Counted from the stretch's first letter, positions 19,295 to 29,983 are shown. The stretch: 64,000 bases of DNA from Bdellovibrio sp. (GCA_036677065.1 JAKFBS010000002.1:416001-480000); one strand, 5' to 3'. Notes: generated from the letters alone by a model not told the origin. Numbers and translations are program-made.

Positions 19295-21706
19295 GTGAAT
19301 TACACCTGGATCAGACTACTTTTATTAATCGGATTAAGCTTTGGCACCAAAGCCTTGGCTCAGACAGGACCACCAACGTCTCAAAAAGTGGCCGTGTCAG
19401 CACCTGTGCAGGCCGATTCTCCTTCGCTAATTTCATCTAAAATTTCTGGCTTTACCATTACAGCCGAAAATCTTTATCGCGATTTAGAAAAAGACATCAT
19501 TCAAATTTCTGGCAGCGTACAAATTATTTATCAAAATCAACATTTCAGCGCTGACTTTGTTGAAATCAACCTAAAGAAAAAGCACGCCTATTTTCGCGGG
19601 CGCGTAAATATTCAAACTATTGAATACAACGTCGGCGGCGACGAAGTTAGTCTTGATTATTACTCAAACCAGGCCTTGATCGTTAACGGCTACGTGCAAT
19701 CCAACAACATTACCTTTAAAGGTAAACTGATTGAACAACGTGGCCCGACGACGTTCTTTATTGCCGATGCAGATTTTACGACATGCACCAACTGCCCTTC
19801 GACCTGGAGTTTTCAAGGCAGTCAGATTCGCGCTGAACTTGGTGGCTATGCGTTTTTAAAAAATACGTTTTTAAAAGTCAGTGATGTTCCTATTTTTTGG
19901 CTTCCGTACTTAGTGTTACCACTTAAGAACGAACGTCAGTCAGGCTTTTTATTTCCAGAGTTTGGTTATATCCGCAATCGCGGTTTATTTTTCTCTGAAA
20001 GTTTTTTCTGGGCGATATCAAGATCGCAAGATTTAACCTTCACTTTGAAAAACTATGAACTGGGTGGATTAAAAGAACTTGTTGAGTACCGTTATGCTTT
20101 GAGTGATTTTAGCGGTGGCCAGTTAAATGTGGCGCACTTCAATGACACCGTATTTTCTGCTGACTATGCAAAAACCGGACAAATTAACGAGGGCACTACT
20201 TTTCGGCGTTGGGCGATTCAAGGCTATTCGCAACAAGAAATTAATGATGTTGCTCAGGTCAGAGTAAAGATTAACCAAATCAGCGATCTTCAGTACCCTA
20301 AAGATTTTTATGAAGAATTTAAAACTTATGCTGAAGGTGGTTTAGAAAATAGATTAAACATTTCTGCTCATAGTGATCATGCCTTAGGTCAGTTCGATTC
20401 AATCTATTATAAACATTTACTTGAAAGTGATCCACTTCAGTCAAACTCTTCAGCGGTTCATGCACTACCTGAATTAAAATTTGACATCACAACAACTCAA
20501 ATTGCTGACTCGCCCATTTATTTTAAATTAAATGCCCAATACGATAATTTCTATCGCAAAAACAAGTGGGACGATATTTCTACTTTAGATAGCCAAAAAT
20601 ACGTTACCAATATTGCGAACAATCCGGCCTGCGCCCACAATGCAAGCACAGGCTGCACATCAGTTTACGATGGCGCTTTTAATCAAGGTAACGACATCCT
20701 GCGCACAGGCCAGCGCGTATTTTACAAAGCTTCATTACTTACACAAAGTTTTACCCCGGTAGATTATTTAAATGTTTCGCCCGAAGTTTCTTACAACGAA
20801 GCCCATTACTTTTTCTCAGAAGGCGATGACCGATATAATTCACGCCGTTATGCCCAAATTGATATTAATTCACGCAGCCGTATGTACCGAATTTATGAAT
20901 CAGATAATCAAGATACCAAATATAAGCATGAGTTAATTCCTGAACTTTCATACACCTATATTCCCTTTGTTGAACAAGATGCCCATCCATTTTTCGGAAA
21001 CATTGAAAACGGCGAATATTCTTTTTCATCACGCAATAATTTGGCCGACTCTGATTTAAATACGCCTTATGGTTTACAATACGACTATTACGACCGTATT
21101 TATGATCGTCATTTAGTGACCCTGACTTTTCTAAATCGTGTCATTAAAAAACGTATGTCTGACAAATCTTATAAGAATATTTTAGATTTTCGCTTAGCAC
21201 AGTCTTACGACCTCTACCAGATTCAAAATAAATACAGTCAAAGCAACCAACCTTTATCGGATTTATCAGGAACACTTAATTTAAATATTGATCAATTTAC
21301 ATTTGCAAACCAATTCAATTATTATCCGTACTTGTCTGCAACAAATTCAACAACATCACTTTCTTATCTTAACGATCAGCAACAGTATTTTAAAATTGGT
21401 TACAACTCAAACCGAGCGCAAGGTCCGCGCGTTGATGATGTGGTCTTAGCCTTAGGTTTTGTAACAAAATATATTAATGTCTTATCAGGGTTTATCGTCG
21501 ACACCAGCGAAGACCGCAGCAGCGATTCACGACTTAAAAAGTTTTCTTTAATTACCCAATTAAAACCCCCGGGCGAATGTTGGGGAGTTAACTTTTACCG
21601 CGAACAACAAGTCGGTCTAGAGGCTGAATGGCGCGTGCGTTTTGATTTCTCTTTCGACGGAAAACCACCAAAGATTATTCCGCCGGATGAGTTAAAAATT
21701 CAATAG
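19295..21706 (+). CDS. lptD: LPS-assembly protein LptD
   Basis: Signal peptide, FTTC..C..W, PIFWLPY...P...RQSGFLFP, beta-barrel C-terminus with CW. Confidence 0.9.
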   Translation: MNYTWIRLLLLIGLSFGTKALAQTGPPTSQKVAVSAPVQADSPSLISSKISGFTITAENLYRDLEKDIIQISGSVQIIYQNQHFSADFVEINLKKKHAYFRGRVNIQTIEYNVGGDEVSLDYYSNQALIVNGYVQSNNITFKGKLIEQRGPTTFFIADADFTTCTNCPSTWSFQGSQIRAELGGYAFLKNTFLKVSDVPIFWLPYLVLPLKNERQSGFLFPEFGYIRNRGLFFSESFFWAISRSQDLTFTLKNYELGGLKELVEYRYALSDFSGGQLNVAHFNDTVFSADYAKTGQINEGTTFRRWAIQGYSQQEINDVAQVRVKINQISDLQYPKDFYEEFKTYAEGGLENRLNISAHSDHALGQFDSIYYKHLLESDPLQSNSSAVHALPELKFDITTTQIADSPIYFKLNAQYDNFYRKNKWDDISTLDSQKYVTNIANNPACAHNASTGCTSVYDGAFNQGNDILRTGQRVFYKASLLTQSFTPVDYLNVSPEVSYNEAHYFFSEGDDRYNSRRYAQIDINSRSRMYRIYESDNQDTKYKHELIPELSYTYIPFVEQDAHPFFGNIENGEYSFSSRNNLADSDLNTPYGLQYDYYDRIYDRHLVTLTFLNRVIKKRMSDKSYKNILDFRLAQSYDLYQIQNKYSQSNQPLSDLSGTLNLNIDQFTFANQFNYYPYLSATNSTTSLSYLNDQQQYFKIGYNSNRAQGPRVDDVVLALGFVTKYINVLSGFIVDTSEDRSSDSRLKKFSLITQLKPPGECWGVNFYREQQVGLEAEWRVRFDFSFDGKPPKIIPPDELKIQ

Positions 21707-21713
21707 TCTCAGG

Positions 21714-23123
21714 CTATTCACTTTTAATCAAAGTGCAGCCGAAATTTTCACCACGATACTGAGCAACCGCTTTTTGGCCAAATAAACCACTACCAAATTG
21801 GGCGGTCACAGTTCCGTCTTGGTTAACTTTAAGTTCAGGCAATACCTTAGCGATGACTTTAAGATCTTTTTTACAAGCTGCTTCACTGCGCCCAACGACC
21901 ATACGGCAAGAACAGTATTCTTTAGCGCCATAAGCACGCATTAAATGCGGAAAACTTGTTCCCAGCTCACTGTTTGTATCATCAGCCGACTGGTCAGCCC
22001 ACGTTTTTGTAATTGCTGCTTTTTCTGCGAAAGTTTTAGAGTCTCCTACTGTTTCATAGCTGTAACCTTTAGCTAAAATAAATTTTTTCGTGGCCGCATA
22101 AAACTTAAGGCGATCAAAATCTTTTTCATCCATCGAAAGTTTAACCATCACTAAATTTTGTGACGGGCTAGACATCACGATCTGACCTTGAAACCCGTAC
22201 ATAATCACCGAATCTAAAGGTAAATCATTATAAGCCGATGGCTGATTTCTGCCTTCAATCGGAAGATTTGTAATAGCTTGCATAGAGTAGGCTTTGTTTT
22301 CAGGGTTTCCCTCTTGAACTTTTTTCTGAACGCCATCTGCAACTTTATTCAATAGTTCTATGTATCGAGCCGGAATAATTTGCTTCCCGTTCCAAGTGCC
22401 TTTGTTCATTACAAGTTGGCCCATTTTTAAAAAATCAGGCGCTGACATATAGATATAAGCAGAACCTACAAAAGTGCCGTTCATATCTTGTTCAAACGTT
22501 GCCTTAATTCCTAAGGGTTTAAATAATTTTTCAAATGGATAATTGTTATAAACTTCTTTGTTATTGATAGCGCTTTGTAAAATGCCTAATAAAATATTCG
22601 TATCCCCACTTGAATAATTAAAATACTCGCCTGGTCCACCAGTTGGAGAAAGTGGATTTCTTAACATGTAATCCACATAACCCTTTGCGTGGCCATCCAA
22701 ATATAACATGTTCGTTAAATCTAAATTCAACGGAAGCCCCTCAAAAGCTTCTTTATATTTAATTCCCGAAGACATTCCTAAAACATCAATGATGCGTGCA
22801 TTGTTTTGAAATGTTGGCAGATATTTTTTAACGGGATCGTTAATTGAAAGTAAACCTTCACCTTCAGCGATACCAATTAAAATTCCCGACATGGTTTTAG
22901 CGGTCGACCAAGAAAGATGTTTTGTTTTCGGCGTGTACTCACGAGCGTAGTATTCGTAAATAACTTTTCCGTCTTTATAAATAATCACTGCATCGGTGTT
23001 GGCTTTTTTGGTGTCGCGAAGAGCTGTGGTTAACTCGTCTTCTGGTGTTGTCGCCTTTGATAACGACGTAATGAATATGGTACATAACAATATGGCTACG
23101 ATTCTCGAAAACCCGTGTTTCAT
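21714..23123 (-). CDS. secreted serine hydrolase, beta-lactamase (class C-like) family, copy 1
   Basis: SWSTAK (SxxK), FNYSSGDTN, GFQGQ; signal peptide. Confidence 0.88.
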   Translation of the reverse strand: MKHGFSRIVAILLCTIFITSLSKATTPEDELTTALRDTKKANTDAVIIYKDGKVIYEYYAREYTPKTKHLSWSTAKTMSGILIGIAEGEGLLSINDPVKKYLPTFQNNARIIDVLGMSSGIKYKEAFEGLPLNLDLTNMLYLDGHAKGYVDYMLRNPLSPTGGPGEYFNYSSGDTNILLGILQSAINNKEVYNNYPFEKLFKPLGIKATFEQDMNGTFVGSAYIYMSAPDFLKMGQLVMNKGTWNGKQIIPARYIELLNKVADGVQKKVQEGNPENKAYSMQAITNLPIEGRNQPSAYNDLPLDSVIMYGFQGQIVMSSPSQNLVMVKLSMDEKDFDRLKFYAATKKFILAKGYSYETVGDSKTFAEKAAITKTWADQSADDTNSELGTSFPHLMRAYGAKEYCSCRMVVGRSEAACKKDLKVIAKVLPELKVNQDGTVTAQFGSGLFGQKAVAQYRGENFGCTLIKSE

Positions 23124-23244
23124 AGTGAATACTCCCTGATATGGAAACGATCTCTTAATTAGAATGTTTGCACCAGTTATGTTGCATTCGGTCGATTTTA
23201 TTCATGAATATGCAGCCGTGAATGCGGCAGATCTCCCCGCGAGT

Positions 23245-23505
23245 TTACATATTCCACTTAAACTGATCCCAAGATTCCTTAACTCCGGCTCGAAATTTTT
23301 TAGAACATAAGAGGGCTGCAGTAAATCCGATAAAAAGAAGATCTCCTACCGCAACTAAAATTGAAAAATTGTAAATCGTATCCACGAAAAGCGTTGCTCC
23401 AACCCAAAAATAAAGAGCAAGCACTGTAAAGCCAAAAATAACTGAACCTATATAGACAATGGGAAATAATAGGACTTTAAATACAACTCTAAAGAATTCT
23501 TTCAT
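23245..23505 (-). CDS. small membrane protein
   Basis: Two hydrophobic helices; starts 2 nt after the yraN stop. Confidence 0.6.
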   Translation of the reverse strand: MKEFFRVVFKVLLFPIVYIGSVIFGFTVLALYFWVGATLFVDTIYNFSILVAVGDLLFIGFTAALLCSKKFRAGVKESWDQFKWNM

Positions 23506-23507
23506 TC

Positions 23508-23921
23508 TTAGATCGTTTCATCGAGCGATATAAATTGCAACTTTCCGTCCTGTAAGACAAACACCACAAACCCATCAACTCTTATGTTACGCACGCAATT
23601 TCTGCGTCTCTCTCCAAGTAAGACATACTTCAAACGCTGAATCTGCTTTGTTCCTACCCGCTCAAAAGCGCGCCAAGAATTATCTAAATACTTCACTTCT
23701 AATAAAACTCTGCGCTTTTCTTTTTCGACAACAAGATCAACTTCAACGCCATCAAACTTTGTTCGTTCACTTGAAATGCTCCACCCTTTTGATAGAAAAT
23801 ACTTTCGAACGACAGCTTCAGCGTCTGCGCCCCGCTGGTGAAATTTATCTGTTAGTTTAGAGGTGCTCTTTGACGCCGCCGAAGGTTTTTCGGTGGTGGA
23901 TGGTTGGTTTAAAGTTTTCAA
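23508..23921 (-). CDS. yraN: YraN family putative endonuclease (start uncertain)
   Basis: G..AE......G.........EVDLV......LEVK; usual position after rnhB; nearest canonical start is TTG 23921. Confidence 0.8.
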   Translation of the reverse strand: MKTLNQPSTTEKPSAASKSTSKLTDKFHQRGADAEAVVRKYFLSKGWSISSERTKFDGVEVDLVVEKEKRRVLLEVKYLDNSWRAFERVGTKQIQRLKYVLLGERRRNCVRNIRVDGFVVFVLQDGKLQFISLDETI

Positions 23922-24492
23922 TGGCTGTGCGGTGAATTTCGGTCGCGTAGCCTTTGTGTTTTTCAAATCCATAAACAGGGAATTCCTTTGCAAGCTCTGC
24001 CATTAACTGATCACGCGCCACTTTGGCGATGATAGAAGCTGCAGAGATGCAACGCATGTGCTGATCCCCTTTGATAATAGGTAACTGTTTGTAGTCTTTA
24101 AGATCCGAAACGCGGTCACGCCCGTCGATCAGAAGTGTTCCGCTCTTGATATTTAACTGATCTTTTAGTTTGTGTTCTAAAGAGCGAACAGCTCTTGTCA
24201 TAGCCAGATAAGTGGCTTGAAGAATATTGATCTCATCAACTTCTTCAACCGATGCCCAGCCCAGAGCCCAATGGTGATTGGCGCGAATTTCTAAAGCTAA
24301 GGCTTCACGTTTTTCTTCTGTCAGGACTTTTGAATCAAGAAAATGTTTTACAGGGAATTTATCATTTAAAATGACAACGCCGGCACACACTGGGCCGGCG
24401 AGGCATCCACGCCCTACTTCATCGATACCGATAAATGGGGTTGGAAGATCTTTTAACTTTTTAACGTTAAAAGTATTATTTTTTTGAGTCAT
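23857..24492 (-). CDS. rnhB: ribonuclease HII
   Basis: [33 protein letters not shown]. Confidence 0.96.
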   Translation of the reverse strand: MTQKNNTFNVKKLKDLPTPFIGIDEVGRGCLAGPVCAGVVILNDKFPVKHFLDSKVLTEEKREALALEIRANHHWALGWASVEEVDEINILQATYLAMTRAVRSLEHKLKDQLNIKSGTLLIDGRDRVSDLKDYKQLPIIKGDQHMRCISAASIIAKVARDQLMAELAKEFPVYGFEKHKGYATEIHRTAIENFKPTIHHRKTFGGVKEHL

Positions 24493-24919
24493 TAGATGAA
24501 GTAGCTACTAATTCAGACTCGATACGAGCTGCTTTACCATCTAAATCACGTAAGTAATAAAGTTTAGCGCGACGTACTTTACCGTGAGCAACTAATTCAA
24601 CTGAATCAATAGCTGGAGAGTTGAACGGGAAAGTTCTTTCAACGCCTACACCCGCAGAAATTTTACGAACTGTAAAAGATTTGTGAGCGTGACCTTGAAT
24701 TTTAGTCACAACGCCTTTGTATAACTGAACGCGCTCTTTTTCACCTTCGATAATTTTAACGTATACGTTAACAGTATCACCTGGAGCAAAAGTTGCGATT
24801 TTTGCATTTTTAGTCGATTTTTGAGTCATGCGCTTAACGAAATTAGTTTCAGTTCCTTTTGCTGGAGCTGCTTTTTTCATTTTTTTAGAAGTCGCTTTTT
24901 TTGCTGCTGCTTTTGCCAT
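24476..24919 (-). CDS. rplS: 50S ribosomal protein L19 with K/A-rich N-terminal extension
   Basis: [31 protein letters not shown]. Confidence 0.97.
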   Translation of the reverse strand: MAKAAAKKATSKKMKKAAPAKGTETNFVKRMTQKSTKNAKIATFAPGDTVNVYVKIIEGEKERVQLYKGVVTKIQGHAHKSFTVRKISAGVGVERTFPFNSPAIDSVELVAHGKVRRAKLYYLRDLDGKAARIESELVATSSNDSKK

Positions 24920-24978
24920 AAATAGTCCTTATTCATTTGGACCTCAGGTCCAATTATCTTTCAAAAAGAAGTATTGTG

Positions 24979-25551
24979 TTACCATGACCCTAGGAGTCGG
25001 TCAAGACAGATACTTACAGCAGCTCTTACACAAAGATGCCGATAATCGTCTTTAGAATCACCTTTGATTGGATCTAAAACAGCATGGCAGTTACGCATGA
25101 AATCTTGGGTTAAGCCAAAACCTGTTCCAAAAACAAGCATATACGGGTCATCATCCTGCTCTAAAACGTTTTTAAAGCGCTCAAAGGTGAATTTTTCCTG
25201 CCCAGGCAGGTTGCGCGCGTGAGTTGCGACGATACGGGCATTAGGGTGACCCCAATCAGCCATAGCCTCATGAACATTACTTGCGGTCCTGACATCAGTC
25301 AGAGCCGTCTTACGCATGGGATTTAATCTGGCCCCCTCACCGGTTCTCCAGTGGTCTAAAACTCGGCCAACAAACATCTGTTGCTCTTGCGCAGGATGAA
25401 CCAAGTAATACCGTTCAACCCCATACACGCGACAACTTCTGGCGATATCATGAATGTCAAAATTAGTAATATTGGTCGCGCAAAGATCGCCTTGGCGATC
25501 GACAATCGGATAGTGAAGCAAGGCTACGGCTAAAGGGGCTTTACGTTTCAT
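24979..25551 (-). CDS. SPOUT-family RNA methyltransferase (DUF2168 type)
   Basis: LLHYP, TNFDIHDIAR, FGTGFGL, HL.VRAAVSI.LDRL; adjacent to trmD. Confidence 0.85.
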   Translation of the reverse strand: MKRKAPLAVALLHYPIVDRQGDLCATNITNFDIHDIARSCRVYGVERYYLVHPAQEQQMFVGRVLDHWRTGEGARLNPMRKTALTDVRTASNVHEAMADWGHPNARIVATHARNLPGQEKFTFERFKNVLEQDDDPYMLVFGTGFGLTQDFMRNCHAVLDPIKGDSKDDYRHLCVRAAVSICLDRLLGSW

Positions 25552-26372
25552 AAACTTTTAACCTCATTCAAATGCTGATCTAAATCTTGGCGAGTTAAAT
25601 CCACAGACTTTAATTCTTCGTCTGTGATTTCACTTAAAAATTTTAGATGATTTTTAAGCTGTGTACTTACTAATTCTTTTTGTGCTTTTAAAAATAAATC
25701 GCGGCGTTTTTTCCATGTGATTAATAAACCCATGTGGTGTTTCCAGATCGCGATTTTTTCATGATGCCCCGACAATAAAACATCTGGCACTTTTTCACTC
25801 CCCCATAAGGCGGGCTTTGTGAATTGCGGAGCTTCTAATAAACCATTATGAAATGAATCCGCAATCACAGATTGGTCATGGCCTAATACCCCTGGAATAA
25901 AGCGCGATACGCTTTCTGTAAGCGCTAGCGAGGCAAGCTCTCCACCACTTAATATGAAATCACCCAGTGAGATTTCTAAATCAATGTGGTGGTTTATAAT
26001 TCTTTGATCAATGCCACCGTAGCGTCCACTAAGTAAAACTAAATGATCATACTTAAGAAGCTTGTGAATAGTGGCTTGTTCTAATTTTTCACCTTGAGGA
26101 GATAGATAAATACGAAGAGTTGATTCTGGTTTGTAGCCAGCAGATGCATATAACTCATTAAAGCATTTATCTGCGATGTCAGAGCGTAAAATCATGCCAT
26201 CGCCGCCACCATAAGCCGTGTCGTCGACAGAGTTATATTTATTATCAGAGTATTTTCGTAAATTAATTACGTTAAACTCTAAAAGTTTTTTATCTTCAGC
26301 TTTTTTTAACAGGGCATCGCTTAAATAATTCTGAATAAGCTCTGGGAAAAGAGTCAGGTACGTGAATTTCAT
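25548..26372 (-). CDS. trmD: tRNA (guanine-N1)-methyltransferase
   Basis: TLFPE, VDD..YGGG.GM, SLGDFILSGGE. Confidence 0.96.
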   Translation of the reverse strand: MKFTYLTLFPELIQNYLSDALLKKAEDKKLLEFNVINLRKYSDNKYNSVDDTAYGGGDGMILRSDIADKCFNELYASAGYKPESTLRIYLSPQGEKLEQATIHKLLKYDHLVLLSGRYGGIDQRIINHHIDLEISLGDFILSGGELASLALTESVSRFIPGVLGHDQSVIADSFHNGLLEAPQFTKPALWGSEKVPDVLLSGHHEKIAIWKHHMGLLITWKKRRDLFLKAQKELVSTQLKNHLKFLSEITDEELKSVDLTRQDLDQHLNEVKSL

Positions 26373-26374
26373 AA

Positions 26375-26890
26375 CTATTGGTTAAGATCCAAAAGGCCTT
26401 CAGGCAGATCCATCTGAATAGTTTTGTTTTCGTGATCAATTTCTACAATAAAAGCATCAACAAACGGAATTTCAAACACATTGCCAGCTTGTGATGTCAC
26501 CACTAATAAGTCTTGTGCGGTGTTTGATGAAAAGCCCGTAATGATGCCGATTTCACCTGCGGTTTTATCAACGACTTTGAATTTTTCGATTTCAGTTAGA
26601 AACATTCCTTCGTCTTCATCTTGAGAGAAGAAAAAGTCTGCAGGTAAATAAATTTGTTTTCCGATCAGGGCTTCTGATTGGTTACGATCCGTCACACCTT
26701 TGAGTTGCACTTTAAGGCCGTCTTTGTGTTCAGCAGCTTTAATGACTTCGTAAGGAGTCTCTTCGATGTAAACTTCGTCGATTAAGTCCACCCATGAATA
26801 ATCTTTGGAAAAGAAAATGATAAAGACATCGCCACGTAAACCGTGGGCATCTTTGATTTTTCCGATGAGGCGCATTTCTTGTTTTTGCAT
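26375..26890 (-). CDS. rimM: ribosome maturation factor RimM
   Basis: GKI..AHGLRG, QDLLVV, IPFV; start moved to ATG 26890 because the longer ORF start lies inside a terminator. Confidence 0.92.
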   Translation of the reverse strand: MQKQEMRLIGKIKDAHGLRGDVFIIFFSKDYSWVDLIDEVYIEETPYEVIKAAEHKDGLKVQLKGVTDRNQSEALIGKQIYLPADFFFSQDEDEGMFLTEIEKFKVVDKTAGEIGIITGFSSNTAQDLLVVTSQAGNVFEIPFVDAFIVEIDHENKTIQMDLPEGLLDLNQ

Positions 26891-26916
26891 TGATGATTGC
26901 TTGTAGCACTTAGGAT

Positions 26917-26949
26917 AAAAAAAAAGGAGAGTTTTCACTCTCCTTTTTT
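26917..26949 (-). terminator. intrinsic terminator after khpA
   Basis: Minus strand GGAGAGT-GAAA-ACTCTCC followed by a T9 tract. Confidence 0.85.
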
Positions 26950-26992
26950 AGAATTCAATTTTATCTGTTAATTACTCTCGGTTGGTACGTTG

Positions 26993-27232
26993 CTACTCAA
27001 CGATATCTAAGTGATAGCGTTTGTTTAATTTGGTACCTGCAGCTCTGATGATTGTTCTCATCGCGGCAGCTGTTTTACCCTGTTTGCCGATGACTTTTCC
27101 AAGATCTTCTTTATCCACCTTAAGTGCTAAAAGAGTAGTTTGCTGTCCAGGAATCTCATCAACTTCAACATTTTCAGGCTTATCAACTAAAGACTTCGCC
27201 ATGTGCTCAACAAGTTCTTTTAAGTTATCCAT
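26993..27232 (-). CDS. khpA: KH-domain RNA-binding protein
   Basis: LV..P..V, D.GKVIGKQG.TA.A.R; ATG 27232 follows a G-run RBS. Confidence 0.93.
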   Translation of the reverse strand: MDNLKELVEHMAKSLVDKPENVEVDEIPGQQTTLLALKVDKEDLGKVIGKQGKTAAAMRTIIRAAGTKLNKRYHLDIVE

Positions 27233-27349
27233 GTTCCCCCCAGAAACTATATCCAAGTTTGACAAAATATTTAGCAGACCTCAAGGAATTTCACAGTTCT
27301 TTGACCTGAAACGCCCCATAACGAGATCTACTCTATATTATTGTTTCAA

Positions 27350-27655
27350 TTACGCTTCTTTTTTAGCGTTCTTGTTTTTTGTTTTAGCTGGAGATTTTTT
27401 ACGTGCAGGTAAAGTGATTCCACCTAATTTAAGAACGTGTCTTGCAGTTTCAGAAGGCTGCGCGCCTTTAGTTAACCACTCTTGAGCTTTAGTTGTGTTT
27501 AACACAACTTTAGTTTGCTTACCTTTTGGAGTTGGAATGTATGTTCCTAATACTTCGATAAATTTGCCAGTTACATAACGGCGAGAATCAGCCACTGTGA
27601 TTCTGTATTTAGGATCATGCTTAGCTCCAACGCGTGCTAGACGAATAACAACCAT
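27350..27655 (-). CDS. rpsP: 30S ribosomal protein S16
   Basis: MVVIRLAR.G.K..P.YRI.VADSR, GAQPS. Confidence 0.97.
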   Translation of the reverse strand: MVVIRLARVGAKHDPKYRITVADSRRYVTGKFIEVLGTYIPTPKGKQTKVVLNTTKAQEWLTKGAQPSETARHVLKLGGITLPARKKSPAKTKNKNAKKEA

Positions 27656-27780
27656 TTGAAATACCTCTCATATTAAGCCCAAGGCTTATCTTATATAGCG
27701 AAAAAAAAAGCTTTCTAGCTTTCTCAAAGACTAAGTTTTTATATCTTATATCGCGCAAGATCAAGCGATTAAAACGGAAA

Positions 27781-29148
27781 TCAAAAAGGAAAGCCTGGTC
27801 CTTTGCCGCCCATTCCGCCGAATGGATTGCCTTTTCCTTTACCACCCATGCCCATTTTCATCATTCCGCTCATCATTTTTTTCGCTTCTTCGAACTGTTT
27901 GACTAATTTATTCACATCTTGAACTTGGGTTCCAGAACCAGAAGCGATTCTTTGACGCCTAGAGCCATTAAGGATTCTGTGATCATTACGCTCCTGAATG
28001 GTCATTGAATTGATGATGGATTCGATTTTTTTGATTTCAGTGTCTGGCGGGGTCATGTTTTTCATCTGTTTAGAGATCTCGCCCATACCGGGTAGAAATT
28101 TCAACATACTCTCGAAACCACCTAATTTTTTAAGCTGCTGAATCTGCGCCAGAAAGTCTTCTAACGTGAATTCGTTGTTCATCATGCGTTTAGCAGAACG
28201 TTCAGCTTCTTTCGTGTCTATCACATCTTGCGCGCGTTCTACTAATGATAGAACATCACCCATATCTAGAATTCTTCCGGCTAAACGATCTGGATGAAAT
28301 ACTTCTAATGCTGAAACTTTTTCGCCGACACCTAAAAATTTAATTGGAATACCCGTCACTTCACGAATAGATAAAGCAGCACCACCGCGCGCATCGCCAT
28401 CTACTTTTGTTAAAACTAAACCTGTTAAATTTAATTTTTGGTGAAATGTTTCTGCAACATTCACAGATTGCTGACCTAACATTGCATCTGCGACTAATAA
28501 AATCTCAGTCGGCGTGATGACTTTTTTAAGATCAGATAATTCGTTCATCAACTCTTCATCAATTTGCAAACGACCCGCTGTATCGACTAATAAAACATCG
28601 ATCAGCTCATCTTCAGCCCATTTGATAGCATTTGTTAAAATATCAGCCGGTTTATCGCCTACTTTAGAGGGGTAACAAGAAAAGTTATTTTGTTTTGCTA
28701 AAGTTTGTAATTGATCAATGGCCGCCGGACGGTAAACGTCGACAGGAACAAAACCTACTTTTTTTCCTAGTTTCTGGCGAATATACAAACCTAGTTTTGC
28801 AGTGGACGTAGTTTTACCTGCCCCTTGCAGGCCTACCATCATAATGACTGATAGTTTTTCGCGAACGTTGATATCAACTTTTTCACCACCTAATGTTTGC
28901 ACTAACTCGTCGTGGACGATTTTTGTGAACATTTGGCCGGGGTTTACGTTAGCAATAACTTCAGCACCCAAGGCTTTAGCTTTCACCCGGTCGATAAAGT
29001 TTTTTACGACTTTAAAATGAACGTCAGCTTCTAATAAACTTAGACGAATTTCTTTAATCGCTTCTTCGACATTAGTCTCAGAGATCTTGTGCTGACCTTT
29101 GAGTTTTTTCATTGAACCTAAAATTTTATCTGATAAGCCTTCAAACAT
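27781..29148 (-). CDS. ffh: signal recognition particle protein
   Basis: GLQGAGKTT, DTAGR, DGDARGG, Met-rich M domain. Confidence 0.97.
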   Translation of the reverse strand: MFEGLSDKILGSMKKLKGQHKISETNVEEAIKEIRLSLLEADVHFKVVKNFIDRVKAKALGAEVIANVNPGQMFTKIVHDELVQTLGGEKVDINVREKLSVIMMVGLQGAGKTTSTAKLGLYIRQKLGKKVGFVPVDVYRPAAIDQLQTLAKQNNFSCYPSKVGDKPADILTNAIKWAEDELIDVLLVDTAGRLQIDEELMNELSDLKKVITPTEILLVADAMLGQQSVNVAETFHQKLNLTGLVLTKVDGDARGGAALSIREVTGIPIKFLGVGEKVSALEVFHPDRLAGRILDMGDVLSLVERAQDVIDTKEAERSAKRMMNNEFTLEDFLAQIQQLKKLGGFESMLKFLPGMGEISKQMKNMTPPDTEIKKIESIINSMTIQERNDHRILNGSRRQRIASGSGTQVQDVNKLVKQFEEAKKMMSGMMKMGMGGKGKGNPFGGMGGKGPGFPF

Positions 29149-29188
29149 AGAACCCCCATAGTCGAGCTACGCATCCTGCACGTGCGTG

Positions 29189-29983
29189 CTACCACCGAGC
29201 AAATGATCCCTTTAAAAGGGAATATATCGCCATTAAATAAGTTACGACCGTAGCTAATAAACACACAACAACAGTTGTCATAAGATCAACATCACTTACG
29301 CCAACCATCGAATAGCGATAGCCATTAATTAAATAAAATACCGGATTTAAGTGACACACCTTTTGCCAAAATGGATGTAACCCTTGAATCGTCATAAACA
29401 CTCCGCCTAAATATGTCAGCGGAATTAAAATAAACGTTGAAAATGCACTTAATTGATCGAATGTTTTTGCAATGAAAGCGATAAAAATTCCGCAGAACGA
29501 AAAGATCAATCCGCAAAGAACTGTGAACATCACAAAAAGCAAAGGATGTTTGATCGGCAATAACTCACCGACCATAAAGTAATGAAAAATCATTCCCACA
29601 GCACCGGTGATAAAAGCAACCACCGCGCCGCGAATAATTCCGCCAATACCCATAGCCCAAATGATTTGATGATTAGAAATTGGAGCCACACGAATATCTT
29701 CAAGATCGCCAGAGAATTTTGACGTTACAATTGAAGATGATGAATTTTGGAATGAGTTATTAATTAAACCCATAATCATCAGACCTGGAATTAAAAATGT
29801 AATATAGGGTAAACCATTCGGAAGATTTACTTGTGAGCCTAATGACACGCCAAAGATCAATAAATACAGGCTTGAGCTTACGATCGGGCTTACTACAGTC
29901 TGAATCATCACTTTCATGAAACGTTTAATTTCACGGCGGATTAAAGTTAAAAATGGAATCCAGTTATTAATTGTTTTTTCCAT
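29189..29983 (-). CDS. ABC-2 type permease (YadH-like)
   Basis: REI.RF, PGL..M, PL.YLGGVF, NP.FYLING.RY. Confidence 0.9.
   Translation of the reverse strand: MEKTINNWIPFLTLIRREIKRFMKVMIQTVVSPIVSSSLYLLIFGVSLGSQVNLPNGLPYITFLIPGLMIMGLINNSFQNSSSSIVTSKFSGDLEDIRVAPISNHQIIWAMGIGGIIRGAVVAFITGAVGMIFHYFMVGELLPIKHPLLFVMFTVLCGLIFSFCGIFIAFIAKTFDQLSAFSTFILIPLTYLGGVFMTIQGLHPFWQKVCHLNPVFYLINGYRYSMVGVSDVDLMTTVVVCLLATVVTYLMAIYSLLKGSFARW

Noticed and set aside
27273..27332. Possible SRP (4.5S) RNA near ffh because of CAGGTC
   Set aside because: It lacks the GGAA/GNRA loop and AGCAG of helix 8; kept only as a generic hairpin.
27021..27485. 154-aa plus-strand ORF and similar antisense ORFs (for example 85-267, 9594-9938, 31217-31546, 57695-58120)
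   Set aside because: Shadow frames of well-supported genes, with no motifs or RBS.
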